A stretch of DNA of 62,924 bases, counting the filler, from Octopus bimaculoides (taxonomy: Eukaryota): NCBI RefSeq assembly GCF_001194135.2. It is 3 parts of 3 records of this genome, joined end to end, with 100 filler letters (N's around TTAATTAATTAA, not from the genome) between each part and the next. Parts side by side here need not be neighbours in the genome. Positions count along the whole stretch, not along the records: positions 1 to 31,261 come from NC_068993.1; positions 31,362 to 45,222 come from NC_068988.1; 1 more part is not named here. One strand, given 5' to 3'. How positions within the stretch are numbered: position 1 is the first letter of the stretch; each line of letters starts with the position of its first letter. The notes beneath the pieces are model-generated. The model was given only the letters and a program-made list of their open reading frames with translations. It was not told the origin of the DNA and did not search any database. Below, one piece after another: positions 27,091 through 41,309 of the stretch. Position numbers and translations under genes: made by a program.

Positions 27091-28067
27091 CAAGTTTATA
27101 TATAATATACATACATATATATATATCATCATCATCACCATTTAACATCTGTTGTCCATGCTGGCATGGGGTGGATGGTTTGACCAGGGCTGGTAAGCTG
27201 GAAGGCTGCACCAGACTCTAGTCTGATTTGGCATGGTTTTCTACATCTGGATGCCCTTCCTCACGCCAACCATTCCAAGAGTGCAATGGGTACTTTTACG
27301 TGCCACCAGCATGGGTGCCATTTGTGTGCCACTATGACTATGATTTTACTTAGCTTGATGGGTTTTCATACACACACACACACACACACACAGACATGCA
27401 CACATACTCTTATGGAAGCGTGGCTGTGTGGTTTAGGAATTTGCTTTCCAACTACATGACTTTGTGTTCAATCCCAGCGAAGCATGTTGGGCTTCTAATA
27501 TAGTTCTGGGCAGTAAAAGTCTTGTGAATGTACTTGGCAGACAGAAACTAAAAGAAGCCTGTGATTTAGCTATATAAGTACATGTGTGTGTGGTTGTGAG
27601 ATTATTGTAAATCCACATCATTCATTATTGATATGCTGCAAAGACATATCTAGCTATGTGGGAAATAATATCTTGCTTGATAATGGTTGGTGACAGGGAA
27701 GGCAGCTGGTAAGACAAAATCTACCTTAATAATCTCCCTGTGATGCATGCATCAAAATTGTACATTGAAACAATAAAACAATGATGATGATGCTTGTGTG
27801 TATGTATGTGTGTGTATATATATATGTATATATANNNNNNNNNNNNNNNNNNNNNNNNNNNNNNNNNNNNNNNNNNNNNNNNNNNNNNNNNNNNNNNNNN
27901 NNNNNNNNNNNNNNNNNNNNNNNNNNNNNNNNNNNNNNNNNNNNNNNNNNNNNNNNNNNNNNNNNNNNNNNNNNNNNNNNNNNNNNNNNNNNNNNNNNNN
28001 NNNNNNNNNNNNNNNNNNNNNNNNNNNNNNNNNNNNNNNNNNNNNNNNNNNNNNNNNNNNNNNNNNN

Positions 28068-28126
<59 letters not shown>

Positions 28127-28314
28127 GCATTATAAATCTTTCGTTCAGGAAGTTGCGGATTAGTTTGTAGCTAGAAGATGATCATTTTAATAAAATCTTT
28201 TTTGTTGGTCATTTTGTTATCTACAAATAAAAATTGTGATCTTATCTGAAGTATACTATGTTTTTCTCTTCAACTTACCCAGGTGCATACAGCCCACCAG
28301 TTTATCTGGTTTGT

Positions 28315-28607
28315 TTGGTGAAGGCATGTGGCTTAGTGGTTAGGATATTCGGCCCGCGATAATAAGGTCATGAGTTCAATTCCTGGTGGTGCATTGTGTC
28401 CGTGAGCAAAACACTTTATTTCATGTTGCTCCAGTCCACTCAGCTGGCAAAACACGAGTAGTGCCTGTATTTGTTTCAAAGGGTCAGCCTTGTCACATTC
28501 TGTGTCATGCTCTGTGGAGTGCTCAGCCACTTACACATTAATTTCATGAGCAAGCTGCTCTGTTGCTCAGAGCAACTGGAACCCTTGTTGCCATAACCGA
28601 TGGAGTG
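28315..28607 (+). mobile_element. SINE family D (tggcttagtgg / gagttcaattcc head) with TSD
   Basis: A-box TGGCTTAGTGG and B-box GAGTTCAATTCC; flanked by CCAGTTTATCTG(G/A)TTTGT at 28297-28314 and 28608-28625. Reverse copies at about 24310-24600 and 47293-47610. Confidence 0.8.
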
Positions 28608-29563
28608 CCAGTTTATCTGATTTGTGTGTATATGTATGTTTATCATAGAAAGATCCATTGATATCTACTTTTTTGTTGTAAAATAGAAAATTAAACGAAA
28701 ATTATACATAGCCAATTTTCATTATATTATTTATAAACTAAATTAAAAATTTCCTGAAGTTATATAGAAGCAGCATTTGTGTATCCATTTGTTTTATTCC
28801 AGTTATCTCCTCCTCCCATTAACAGTTGCTGAATTCTGCTCCTAGAAATTCTGTTGTTTTTTTTCTGTTATATATTCACTTTGAAGTCTGTCTGTTCACA
28901 ATTTTATCAAAAATTATAAAGAAAATGTCAATAAAATCACATATTCTTCAACTGAATATTTTAAAACATTTATTATGATTTACTCACTCTCTATGTGTTA
29001 AAATTAAATTCTAAAACAACAGTTTCAAGAAACTTAGATGTCCTCCATTTTCTTTTGATTTCTGAAATTAATCCAACCTTAATTTCATTACCAAAGTCAG
29101 AATTGTTTACACTCTCAGAATTTGGTACATTCTCTTCAAAATCCTGTTAACATTTGTTGCATATTTTTATGGAAACATTATTTCCTTAGAGTCACTATTA
29201 TAAAATTTTAAGTTAATATTTTCTTTTAAATGTTGATAAAATTTACATTCACTTTACATTATTTATTGATGTCCACCATGCGTGTATGTGTTCATGTATG
29301 TCTCTTCTGTTATTTAATTATTATAAATCCCCCACTGAGGAGGGAGCCAGTTTCCAACAAAGATACAAGGCTCCATCTTTGGGTGGTAGTTAACACAGAC
29401 AAATTCCCATTTGGAACTTGAGAAAAGTCTTGCATATTTTTACTGTTCCAGTGTATGTATGTATGTATGTATGTGTGTGTGTGTGTATGTATGTATGTGT
29501 GCATGTATGTATGCATTTATGTATGTATGCATGTATGTATGTATGTATGTATTTATGTATGTA

Positions 29564-29922
29564 TATGAGGTGAGTTTTTTGTAAATTTCTTCCCCAAAAC
29601 AAAATGGTATCACTTCTGCACTTGATTTATTTGCCAGATTTAGCACTTGTGGACGTCCATCTCTTCCCCAAGATGAAAATACAGCACAAAGTTCACCATT
29701 TTAACACCGTTGTCAAGCTCCAGGGTCAATCACAGAAGGTTCTCGACTTGCTTACAGAAAATGGCTTCCAGGTTAGATTCCAAAAGTGACAGGAATGCTG
29801 GGACTGGTGTATTGCTAAGCACGGTGACTATTTTGAAGGAGATGATGATAAAACCTAGGTAAATAAGCTACTTTTTTTTACTAAACATGACTAATCCAGT
29901 AATCTTTTGATACCACCTCATA
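29564..29922 (+). mobile_element. Mariner deletion derivative (C-terminal transposase relic)
   Basis: IYLPDLALVDVHLFPKMK...FQK*QECWDWCIAKHGDYFEGD; terminal TATGAGGTG / CACCTCATA flanked by TA on both sides. Confidence 0.75.
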
Positions 29923-30267
29923 TACATCTGTGTGTGAAAGCTTGTCTTTTCTTGTGTCCCATCATGGCATGATGGTTGTGTGTGTCACTGGCTTACAAAT
30001 GGTATCATTTGTTTTCACTATTCCGTGAAAACATGTCCGGCCAATGAGAAATATTACTTTACCTGGAAACAGGTGAGGGTTGGTGACAGGAAGGAGATCA
30101 CCCTGCATCATTGAATTCCATTCAAGACATGCAACCATGGAAAATCAGACATTAAAAGCATTAATGATGATGATGATGATGATGATGATATATATATATA
30201 TATATGGGAAATTTGATTTAGTTTTGTTAAATTGAATTTTCCCCTGTAAGTTTTGGATTTTATTCCC

Positions 30268-30347
<80 letters not shown>

Positions 30348-30519
30348 GCATGGATCAAAATGGAAATTTAAATGAGAGAACAGCTGAGGAAAGTCTATTG
30401 TAATTACTGGAAGGTGGGATGTGATTGGTCAAGAAAGGTCATGTGGTATCACAGTTTGATGTTGGTATTTGGAAAATACTGCATGGTGAACAAGAAATAT
30501 ACATATATATATATATATT

Positions 30520-30905
30520 TCTTACTTTTACTTGTTTCAGTCATTAGACTGTGGCCATGCTGGGGCTCTACCTTGAATTTTTAGTCAAATGAATCGACCC
30601 CAGGATTTAATTTTAAGCTTCATGCTCATTGTATTGGTCTCTTTTGCCAAACCACTAAATTACAAGGATGCAAACACACATCAACACCAATTGTCAAGCG
30701 ATGGTAGTGGGGACAAATCCAGACACAAAGACACACACACACATACGATGGGCTTCTTTCAGTTTCTGTCTGCCAAATCCACTCTTATGGCTTTGGGTGG
30801 CCTAAGGCTATAGTAGATGATACTTTACTCAAGGTTCTATGCAGTAGGACTAAACCCAGGACCATGTGGTTGGGAAGCAAGCTTCTTACTACATAGCCAC
30901 ACCTG
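30520..30905 (-). mobile_element. SINE family A
   Basis: Full-length reverse copy. Confidence 0.8.
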
Positions 30906-31261
30906 TGCTTATATATAGGTATCTTTGACCTGAGGAGTGGCCAGCGTAGCATCCCTCATTTTTGTAATTACTACTTTTGAGATTCTGCTAGCTAGGAAAC
31001 ATGTAGCCTGAATTTTATCAGTTTCATTCCCTAAATTTGGATATGTGTGTGTGTGTGTGTGTGTGTGTGATATTTTATATTGGTTGAGTTTTGCCTTTGG
31101 GGACACAAAGTCTTTAGGTAAAGCTCTGGGTACCAAAATACAGACTTGACCAAAATGAAATGTATACTGTTAATCTCTAGGATGGTATTGAGCATTCGCC
31201 TTTCCAACAGTCAACAGTAAACGGATATATAGATCTGTGTTTGTGTGTGTGTGTGTGTGTG

Positions 31262-31361
31262 NNNNNNNNNNNNNNNNNNNNNNNNNNNNNNNNNNNNNNN
31301 NNNNNTTAATTAATTAANNNNNNNNNNNNNNNNNNNNNNNNNNNNNNNNNNNNNNNNNNNN
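31262..31361. other. Artificial scaffolding spacer (44 N + TTAATTAATTAA + 44 N)
   Basis: An identical 100-nt construct occurs at 45223-45322; the 12-mer gives stops in all six frames. Confidence 0.9.
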
Positions 31362-31458
<97 letters not shown>

Positions 31459-31468
31459 GCCTGCCTGC

Positions 31469-31518
<50 letters not shown>

Positions 31519-31789
31519 GTTATATCGGTAGTGATGATTTATGATGTGTGTGTAACAATATATCACAGTATCAAATATATCTGTGTAACAATAAGCAATG
31601 TAACAAGAGTTATATATACTTATATACTTACAAGCGTTTGCACAATAGCAATCCAATACTCCCAATGCAGAATCAATAACAAGACTAACAGTTTTACGGT
31701 TCAACCCCTACTGTCTACTGGCTCATCTGTTTATAAGACTCATACAGTCCACTGACAGTCATGTGCAGGGGTATCAGTTCACTCCCCAA

Positions 31790-33925
31790 CACTATCTATC
31801 TCTCTGTAGGGGTGGGGTGTGGATGGAGAGGGTAACAACGAAGGGAGAAGAAGGTGGGTAAGAGTGGAGAGAGGAAGTAGGTGTCAGGGCAAGAGAAGAG
31901 AGAAGTGGGTAGGAGTGAAGAGAGGAAGTAGGTGTGAGATGAAGAGAGGATAGAGGGAGTCAGATGAAGAGGTGACAATGAAGTCAGATGAAGTGGTGCA
32001 AAGGAGCAAAGAGACAAGATTAATTCCATGGCGAAGGCAGGAGTCTAGATGGCCCCTATGCAAAGACAATCTAAACACAGTTAGGTGTTGTAATTAATGA
32101 CCGGTAGAGTGGAAATGGCATGAGACCAGGGCGTCATTGCTAAGTCTAATGTCTTGGAGGTGCTCTGCGAACTGATCAGCCAAGTGGCATCCCATTTGAC
32201 TGATGTACAGAGAAGGACAGAAAGAGCAGGAGATGCAGTAAATGACATTGCTAGAAGTGCATGTAAAGGAGTCAGTGATATGATAGGGACGATGTGGGTG
32301 CCTGTGAGGATGATGGTGCTGGGGAGGTAGGGGAAAGTACGGCAGCATGGGTGGGAGCAGGTAAACAAGTCAGGTTGGGAGGTGGGGTTAGGGAAGAAAC
32401 TGTGGACCAGGAGGTCACGTAGGTGGTGGGCTCGTTTGAATGAGGAGCGGGGTAGGTTTGAGAAGATGTGTGAAGTGGAGGAGTCGGACTGGAGTCACCG
32501 GAAGGCTCAGAGAATGGTGCATTAGAGAGGCAGGGTGTAGGCATGGTAGGTGAGAGGAAATGGGAGATGGGTAATGGTGGGGAAGATGCAGGGAGAGAAA
32601 GCAGAGGCACAGTCCACCGAGTGGTGTGGATAGTGGTGAGGAGATATCCACGAAGGATGAAGTGGCGAGCTGAGTCTCAATGTTGTGGTTGTCACTGCAG
32701 AGCCTGTGCATATTGAGGAATTGGGAGTAGGGTATGGATAGCTTGGTGTGGGTAGGGTGGGAGGAAGAGAAGTTGAGGTATGAGTGTGAGTCGGTGTGTT
32801 TGTGGTGGATGGAGGTAGTGAGAGCAGAGTTGTGTATGTTGACTGAAATGTCGAGAAAGGCGATGGAAGTGCTGGAAATGGTGCAGGAGAATTCAAGGGC
32901 AGGATGGAAGGATTGGACAAAAGAGAGGAAGGAGTCTAAATGTTCGAAGGAGAGCGAGGTCACACCAATACAGTCATCAATATAATGACCGTATAGTTCA
33001 GGAGTGGGACCAGTGAATCTTGAAAATATTTGGGCCTCAACGTAGCCAATGAACAGGTTTGCATAGTTGGGGCCCATTCTCATTCCCATGGCCACTCTCG
33101 AGAACTGTTGGTAAAACTCCCCAACGAACGAGAAGCAAGTGAGGGAGAGAACAAGTTTGGTCAGACGAAGAGGTATGGACGTGTCAGGTAGGGGGGTTCT
33201 GTCGAAGGTCTAGGAAGTGTTTGATGGCAACAAGTCCTTCATGGTGTGGGATCACCATATATAGACTCTTGATATCAAGAGTGAAGCGACATTTAGGGGT
33301 GGGCAGGAAGGAAGAAAGAGTTGAAAAGACAAAGAGCATGGTTAGTGTCATGGATGTGTGAAGGAAGGGAAGCCACTAGGAGGGCAAGGACCTGGTCTAG
33401 GTATTTAGAGATGAGTTCCGTGGGGCAGTTACAGGCAGAGATGATGGGCAGCCAGAGTTGTTGGGTTTGTGGATTTTGGGAAGGAAGTAAATAGTGGGGG
33501 TGGAAAGAATGTGGACATTGAGGTTGGAGATGGTGGAAGGGAGACTGGAGGAGGAGATGAGGTCAGGGATAGGTGGAGGACACCGTCTGTTGGTAGCTAG
33601 GCATGGGGTTGGAGGGAAGAGAGCAGTAGAAGGAGGTGTCTTGAAGTTGGCAGAGAGCTTCAGCCTTGTAGAGACCCACATGCCACACCATCATGGCTCT
33701 ATCCTCATCGGCCAGGTTTTTGCAACATCGAAGACATCAGAGAGAGAAGAGTTCAGCTGGGGAGATGTTCAGACGTTGGGGACGCCTGTGAAAGTTAAAC
33801 TGGTCCACAGCACATTGACACATGCCCGCAAAATGATCGACTGCTTGGAACTGGCCAGGAGCTGGCATCCAGTGGGATGGTCAGAGAGCCAGGTTGGTGA
33901 AGCAGTCTTCTTTGTTAGATGCAGG
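31790..33925 (-). mobile_element. Penelope-like retroelement (RT + GIY-YIG endonuclease), frameshifted and 5'-truncated
   Basis: RT motifs YFLPKIHKP, AMGMRMGPNYANLF, YIDD, FLD, HKHTDSHSYL; GIY-YIG segment FTCTSSNVIYCISCSFCPSLYISQ...FAEHLQDIR; the 5' end abuts a SINE copy. Confidence 0.9.
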
Positions 33926-34439
33926 TGGAGTGTTGACAGAAACGTTAGCACACCAGGTCAAATGCTTAGCTGTATTTCATCTGTCTTTACTTTCTGAGTT
34001 CAAATTCCGCTGAGGTCGACTTTGTCTTTCATACTTTCGGGGTTGATAAATTAAGTACCAGTTGCATACTGGGGGATGATCTAATTTATATATGTGTGTG
34101 TATGCATATATGTATGCATGTGTGTGCGTTTGCATGTATGTATGTATGTATACATACATATATACATATGCACACACACACAGACATACATACACACACA
34201 TGCACACATACATGCATGCATACATAGACACACACATGCGCAAAAACAAAACAAAAGCAAAAAAGAACACAGTGTAAATAACAGACAGTCAAGACTATTG
34301 ATAAGGTTGCAAGACGCAAGGAAAATTTTAGGAAAATAAAGACAAATGAGTGGAAATTCTAATGGTGGGTGTGTTAAATTTTAAGGCACAATAAGAAAAT
34401 GACTCCCCCAGACACAACAGAATATGCTTCAACACACGA

Positions 34440-35090
34440 AATCACATAATATGCTAGAAGAAAGCACCAAATCATCTTACCATGAAGAATATGTTCTCAA
34501 AAATTTTAGCAAACACCAGAATGTATGTGAGCCATGTTTTCCCTTAATGGCTTCATATCCTAAATCAATGTTTCCGACTTTTGCGTTGAAATCATCCATA
34601 ACCATTATCAACTCTTTCTCAGTCCGTTTTTCAATTACGCTCTGCAGAGTATCATAAAATTCAACTTTTGCTAATTCATCAGCATCATTTGTTGGGGCAT
34701 AGCACATAACGATTGTTAGGAAAATCCGCTTATGAGATGGTCTAAACTTTGCTAGTATCAATCTTTCATTTATGGGTTGCCTTTCTATTAATGCTTTAAC
34801 TGCTTTCTTAGTCAGCATCAGAGCTACTCACCTTGTGTGACACGCCTTATCATCTTTGTGCCCTGAGTGTATAATTGTTTTTCCAGAAGCTAGCTTAGTT
34901 TGTCCATTATCAATCCATCTAGTTTCACACAAACCCAAAATTTCCAATTTGTAATTGTCCATTTCTTTGCTAATATTTTCACACTTTCCAGCAGTAAACA
35001 TTGTTTGAACATTCCACGGACCAAAGTGGAATCCTTTGTCAAAAGCAGTATTGGCTAACTAGCTTCCCTAGGGCTTTGACTATTCGTTTG
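34440..35090 (-). mobile_element. RTE-clade LINE apurinic-like endonuclease fragment
   Basis: FGPWNVQTM...LGLCETRW, then CYAPTNDADE...VMDDFNAKVG; contains in-frame stops. Confidence 0.88.
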
Positions 35091-35104
35091 GTGTCATAAA
35101 ACAC

Positions 35105-35575
35105 CTTTGACTAGTTATAGATTGGATTATGAAGGAAACTACGATTGAAAGCCAAACAGGCATTGAATGGATGGATGCAGAAGTTTTAGAAGATCACAAC
35201 TTTGCAGATGATATAGCGCTACTTTCACAAACATATAACCAAATGCAGAATAAAACGTCAAAATTAGAAGCAATAGCTGCCAAACTAGGATTGAAAGTCA
35301 ACCGCGACAAATCAAAAATTATGTGCGTTAATGAAGAAAACAGTGAACATATTAAACTAGAAACCGGTGAACTAGTGGATGTAGCCAAGTTTACGTATTT
35401 AGGTAGTAAGATAACATTCTCAGGCGGCACCGACGAAGATATTAAGATGAGAATACGTAAGGCACCTGTTAAAAAAAAGTATGGAGCGCAAGTGTAATTT
35501 CAATAAAGAACAAAATAAGAATGTTTAACACTAACGTAAAAGCGGTGTTATTGTATGGGGCTAAGACATGTATAC
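35105..35575 (+). mobile_element. RTE-clade LINE reverse transcriptase fragment
   Basis: LVIDWIMKETT...NFADDIALL...GLKVNRDKSKIM...FTYLGS...MFNTNVKAVLLYGAKT. Confidence 0.9.
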
Positions 35576-36160
35576 ACTATTTAAACCTAATTTTTTCATC
35601 TCAACCATGTGCTTTTACAATCATAATAATATTGCAGTGAATGCAATTTGATCAGGAGCAAAAATATATATTTATACAAAATTAAGGATAAAACCACTTT
35701 AATGATTTTATCAACTGGCCAGTGTGTAATAAAACCATACAGGTAACAATTTATACTAATATATAATTACATACTATAATTATATTAAAGAGTGCAGATA
35801 AACCCCACCCACATGCTCAAAATAGATGTCTAATGGCTCTAAAAACCACATCTACACTCCAGCTGCATAAAGAAGGGCTGAGTTCTAATTGTGGAAGATA
35901 CATGTAAAAGGAGTAGACCCAGGAAGATGTGGGACAAAGTGGTGAGAAAGGATCATCAGACGCTGGCCTCACTGAAGAAATGACAAGGGACTGGGGGATG
36001 TGGTGATTTGCTGTACTTGATAAGACATGTCAGGCTAAGTAAAATCACTGTCCTCCATACATACAGGCTTCTCCTTTTAGGTGCTGGTGCCACTTAAAAA
36101 GCACTCATGCTGGTGCAGTGTTAATGCACCCATGTCAGTGCTGCATAAATGCACCTGTGT

Positions 36161-36214
<54 letters not shown>

Positions 36215-36869
36215 CTATTTCTCATTAGGGGTCAGCAGTTTTAAAGAGTGGTATTAAGTCTCCCTTAGTTTTATGACAGAATATTGCATACCATTATGTA
36301 ATATATGTTGCGGGTTCACTCATGGAAATAATACAAGAAACAATCTTTAAAAATAACAGCAAAACTTTATTCTTCTGTTAAATAGTACAGTGGACCAAAT
36401 AAAACATCACAAATTCTGGTGGTTGTATAGCTCATCCATCACTTGGATAATTCAGCTTGGGCTGTCATTTGTTACATGTGCTCCGTTACATTAATTTTAC
36501 TCTGGTGAATAACGGCAGGAAAATAACACAAGCCACGTTCATGAAACTTGCTCACCTCTCTCCTCATAAATGAATTGTTACACCAATTTATAGAAGGAGG
36601 GTAGGTTCCAGAGTGAGTGCATTCAAATTAGTTGTTTGAGAATGCATTACGTGCACTGTGATTGGATCTTTGATCCATATCTCATGCAGTACTCAACCAA
36701 TCAAGGAACAAAACTCAACCAATGTTCAAAACTCACATGATAAACAAGAAATCATTCTTGACAGATTAATGTACTGAACCTATAAAAAGGTGATCATCTT
36801 CAATATGCCATAATAGAAATTGATATCACTACCTATTCATACACACACACACACACACACATACCTCCC

Positions 36870-36919
<50 letters not shown>

Positions 36920-37830
36920 GCATACATATATCTGTGTTCATGTGGGTGTAGGTGTGTGCAGCATGACATTACCAAATAACTGTCAAAAAGCATCTTTGTC
37001 ATACTAGTGGTGCTGTTTGTTTACAGTCTTCCTTAAAATATGTTCTGCCATAAGGAAATATTACTTTGCTTGGAAATGAGCGAAGGTTGGTAATAAAAAG
37101 TGCATCCAGCTATAGAAAATTTGTCTCGACTGACTCCATGTGGTTAAAATAATCATGAAAAAATGAATGTTTAAATGATAATGATGATGATGATATGCAT
37201 GTATGTATGCATATGTGTATGTGTGAGTGTTTGAGTGTATATGAGTGTGTGTGGGTCTGTATGTGTGTATATGTATATGTGTATCTGAATGTGTGCATGT
37301 GTGTGTGTGTGTGTGTCTACGTTTGTGTCTATGTCTTTGATACTATACTGCTGTTTACCAAAACCAATGCTATATCAAGAATGTAACTGAGCCAATCAAC
37401 AAATAATAATCAATAAAATAAGTAGTAGACTTTCAGTAAATACTGGGGTCGATATTACTGACTAAAACCCCTTGAAGGTGGTGCCACAACATGGCCACAG
37501 TCCAAACACTGAAGCCACTAAAAGAATAGGTTCCTTTGTGAAAATTATTCTTGTGTCTAAGACACAAATCAATGACTTATCTGTTGATGTTAGTAGCGGA
37601 ATCTGTTAAAGTGATCTTGTAAATATTTGTGAGAATTTATTGATATAATTAAACTAGGTTATCTCTTTATCTACAATTCTGCTGCTGCTGCTGTTTCTGT
37701 TGCTACTGCTGCTGCTGCTGTTGTTGCCAGATGAAGATTTTTGAACAAAGGTTTTACATTCAGTAGTAATGAATTAAATAAATTAGATTGATTACATTGG
37801 AACTTAGTGATCGCTCACACTTACATATGA

Positions 37831-37867
<37 letters not shown>

Positions 37868-39539
37868 TGTGTGTGTGCGTGCGTGAGTGTGTGTGTATGT
37901 AAATATCAGTCATTGGAGCTTGACATTATTCTCTGGCTTGTCAATTTCTGTCGAGCCATCCAATTTATGCCAGTGTTGAAACATTGAAGATGGACATTAA
38001 ATGATGATGATGATGAGGAGGAGGATACACACACACACACACACACACACACATATTATATACATATATATATATAGCAAGTGGGCAAGTGGCAGCTAAT
38101 TGACACTTGTACAATGGGGTATCCCAATGGCCATGTGGATAGTGTTGCTACATAGGTTAAAAAATATTCTGAATCTGGTTAACAATTTTAGTAAAAGTTT
38201 TACATGTAAATATCTTTTTTATACCACAGTAATTTGAAAACTGTAAGTGACTGGTCTTAATGTCAGCAAAGAATATAATCACCATATGACTGTTTGGCTC
38301 AAGGCAAGGCAAGAGATGTCAACATTCACACATATTTGCATTCACACACACACACACACAAGTTAGTGAGGAGGTTTGTACAGTGTTTCTCATGAGCTGA
38401 AGGAAGAGCCCTGAATTGAGCTGTGAAGATTGAAACCCTCATAGTGAAGAAAGAAGAATTATCTGGAAGCAAACTCTCTTTGTCTTCTCATTAATAGGGA
38501 TATAGTCAAGGAAAGCTACAAAATATTTCACTTACATTTGCTTTTGGTATTTGTTAGTGAGATTGGAGCTAACAAAGTTTGTTCACTAAAATATGTTTCC
38601 ATAGTTAATAAAGGCAAATAGTAGAGGAGTTGATCATGTCTGTGAAATTAGGTTAGTTGTTAGTCTTGATTGTTTGATCATGTCATAGGTTTCTTCAAAC
38701 ATGGCTCATCAGAATAACCAATGACCAAATGTGAGTGTTTGATCTGCTAAAAATGACAACCACATTCTCTTAAATCAAACTTACCATTTTAAAAAGAGAA
38801 GATCACATTGGATGTGATCTTGATGAGGCAGTCATGGTTGGAATGGTATTAATCAGAGGTCTGTTCTATCAGGACTGAGCTGGGAGCTACCCCTCCCCAC
38901 TCACCAGCAATCTTTAATATGATGTTTGATCAAATGAAATGTGCTTCTAATATATTTTTTCACATTTTGCATAGTCCTCCATTCTAACAGTATTTAATAT
39001 ATAGATAATATAATACAACCATTTTAAACATCTCCCTTTTATAACAACCATTTAAACATCTCCCTTTTATAACACAAACACATCTATTTCATAAAATGAT
39101 ATTAATGTTTACCCTATTATATACTACAATATATCATGTTCCTGTTCACACACCACCCTGCTTGTGTTTACACACTATCAATGATAAACATGATCTGCTC
39201 CTATAAGAGAGAGCATAAAACAGAAGAGGTTATTGAAGAAAATCCAATTCCATATCTGAAAGAATTCCTAAAGAGATTGAAAGTCTTCACCCCAAAATTA
39301 CTAAAACAAAAATTACCTGAAAAGTTTTCAAGCATCAGCCATCTTTTATTTAACCAACTTTTAACTATCATATGCTTAATATTTTCTCTCATATTTTAAT
39401 ACAGAGGTTCGCAATGTAGTTGGTACCACCCCCAAGTGACCAGTGGACAGGTCAAAGGAGGTCTTAGACTTTAGGGAGTGGTAGAGTAACATAATTAACA
39501 TGCTAAATATTACCTATAACCAGTAATCTCTTATCGTTT

Positions 39540-39749
39540 GTCTTTTACTTGTTTCAGTCATTAGACTGTGGCCATGCTGGGGCACTATATTGAAGAATTT
39601 TTAGTCAAATGAACTGACCCCAGTACTTATTTTTCTTTTTTTAGGCCTGGTACTTATTCTGTAAGTCTCTTAGTCCGAACCTCTAAGTTACTGGGACGTA
39701 AACACACCAACACTAGTTTTCAAGTGGTAGTGGGGGACAAACACACACA

Positions 39750-39788
<39 letters not shown>

Positions 39789-39915
39789 GTATATGACGGG
39801 CTTCTTTCTGAATCTGTCTAACAAATCCACTCATAAGGTTTTGGTCAGCCCAAAGCTGCAGGAGAAGACACTTGCCCAAGGTGTCACACAGTGGGCTGAA
39901 CCCAGAACCATGTAG
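39540..39915 (-). mobile_element. SINE family A
   Basis: Near full-length reverse copy. Confidence 0.8.
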
Positions 39916-41275
39916 TAATGGTTATCAAAATGAAATGAGATTTCATCAGGCACAAGGTAATCATTAATTTGCAATGTATAAAGTAATTATACAACTTTCA
40001 TCTTTATTAATTTTTTTATCATTTCACTGTTAAAAGCTTATACAATCCATTTTTAGAGTAAAGTTTATAAATCATCATCCATGTTAAGTTAGTTTAGTCG
40101 TGATACCTTACTCACCACTTAGGTGAGCACTACATAGAAGAGGTTAAGAACCAGTTTTATTAGAACATATTTTATAGAGCTGAATAAACTGTACAATTTA
40201 GGTCATATTTTTGACTGTATTGTTGGATGTTGTGAAAGTCTAGCAGCTGAGATTGTAGTGTTGGTTACAACAAAAGTACAGCAGCAAGCTTCATATATTT
40301 AGTTGTGGTGTTGGTTGTGGTAAAAGTACAGCTGCTAGGGCTATAGCTTTGGTTGTAAAAGTGTAGTAGCTAGAGTAATAAAGAAAAAAAAATGTTTATG
40401 AAACTGTTTTCTATAGCTGTGATGAAGATATTTTTTTCCTGTACATGGAGCTGATTGTATGAGATTTGTATAAGAAATGTGTTGAAGTATGTAAGTAAAG
40501 CATGTACAGAAGAAATGCAAGGGTTTGAGTTACTTGATCTAAGTATGGTCTGTTGGGCACAGTATGTCATTTAATAAAAGAACAAAGTAGATGGACATTA
40601 AACACCTTGCATGATGAGTGGCTACACTGTATATTGAACTGGAGTGAAAAATGAGTTGTTGGTTGAAAGCTGGGGTTACATATAGACAAGGAGAAACAAG
40701 GAAAATGTAATAAGTTGTGAAGTTGAGATCTGAGGCTTAGATTTCACAACAAAGATGAGGTAGGATCAAAATGAATGGACAAATGCTACGTTTGTAGACT
40801 TGGAAAATATAATCAAACATAAAAGGGCAAGTGTGGTGAAAGGAACCTGTTGAACATTATATAGTGTTGGAAATGTAGATGTTTAATCAAAAATATGACA
40901 GTAAAATAACAGAGGCAGTTCAAAAGATTTCATTTAAGTTTAAAACATGCAAAGGTTATATTAAAAAAAAATTGTGACAAAGTGATACAGGTGCTGCAAG
41001 AAAACATTATAATTTCATTCTTTTTCTAGTTTCTGTCATTGGATTGTGCCCATGCTGGGAAACTGTCTTCAAAAGTTTTAGAGATATTATTGATCCCAAA
41101 ATTTATTTCAGTTTGGTACTTATTTCATTGATATCTTTTTATCTGACAACTAAATTATTTTTTTTTTTTACATAAAGTGACTCATTCCAACATATTGGTT
41201 AATATTGATAAAGATAAATATAGACATAGGTAAGACTATAGATGCAGACAAACATGTATATGCATGTATATAGAT

Positions 41276-41309
<34 letters not shown>

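Noticed and set aside
31690-31790. Possible hammerhead at the Penelope 3' end (minus strand CAGATGA...GTAAAAC)
   Set aside because: Both core segments are mutated and no stem I can form.
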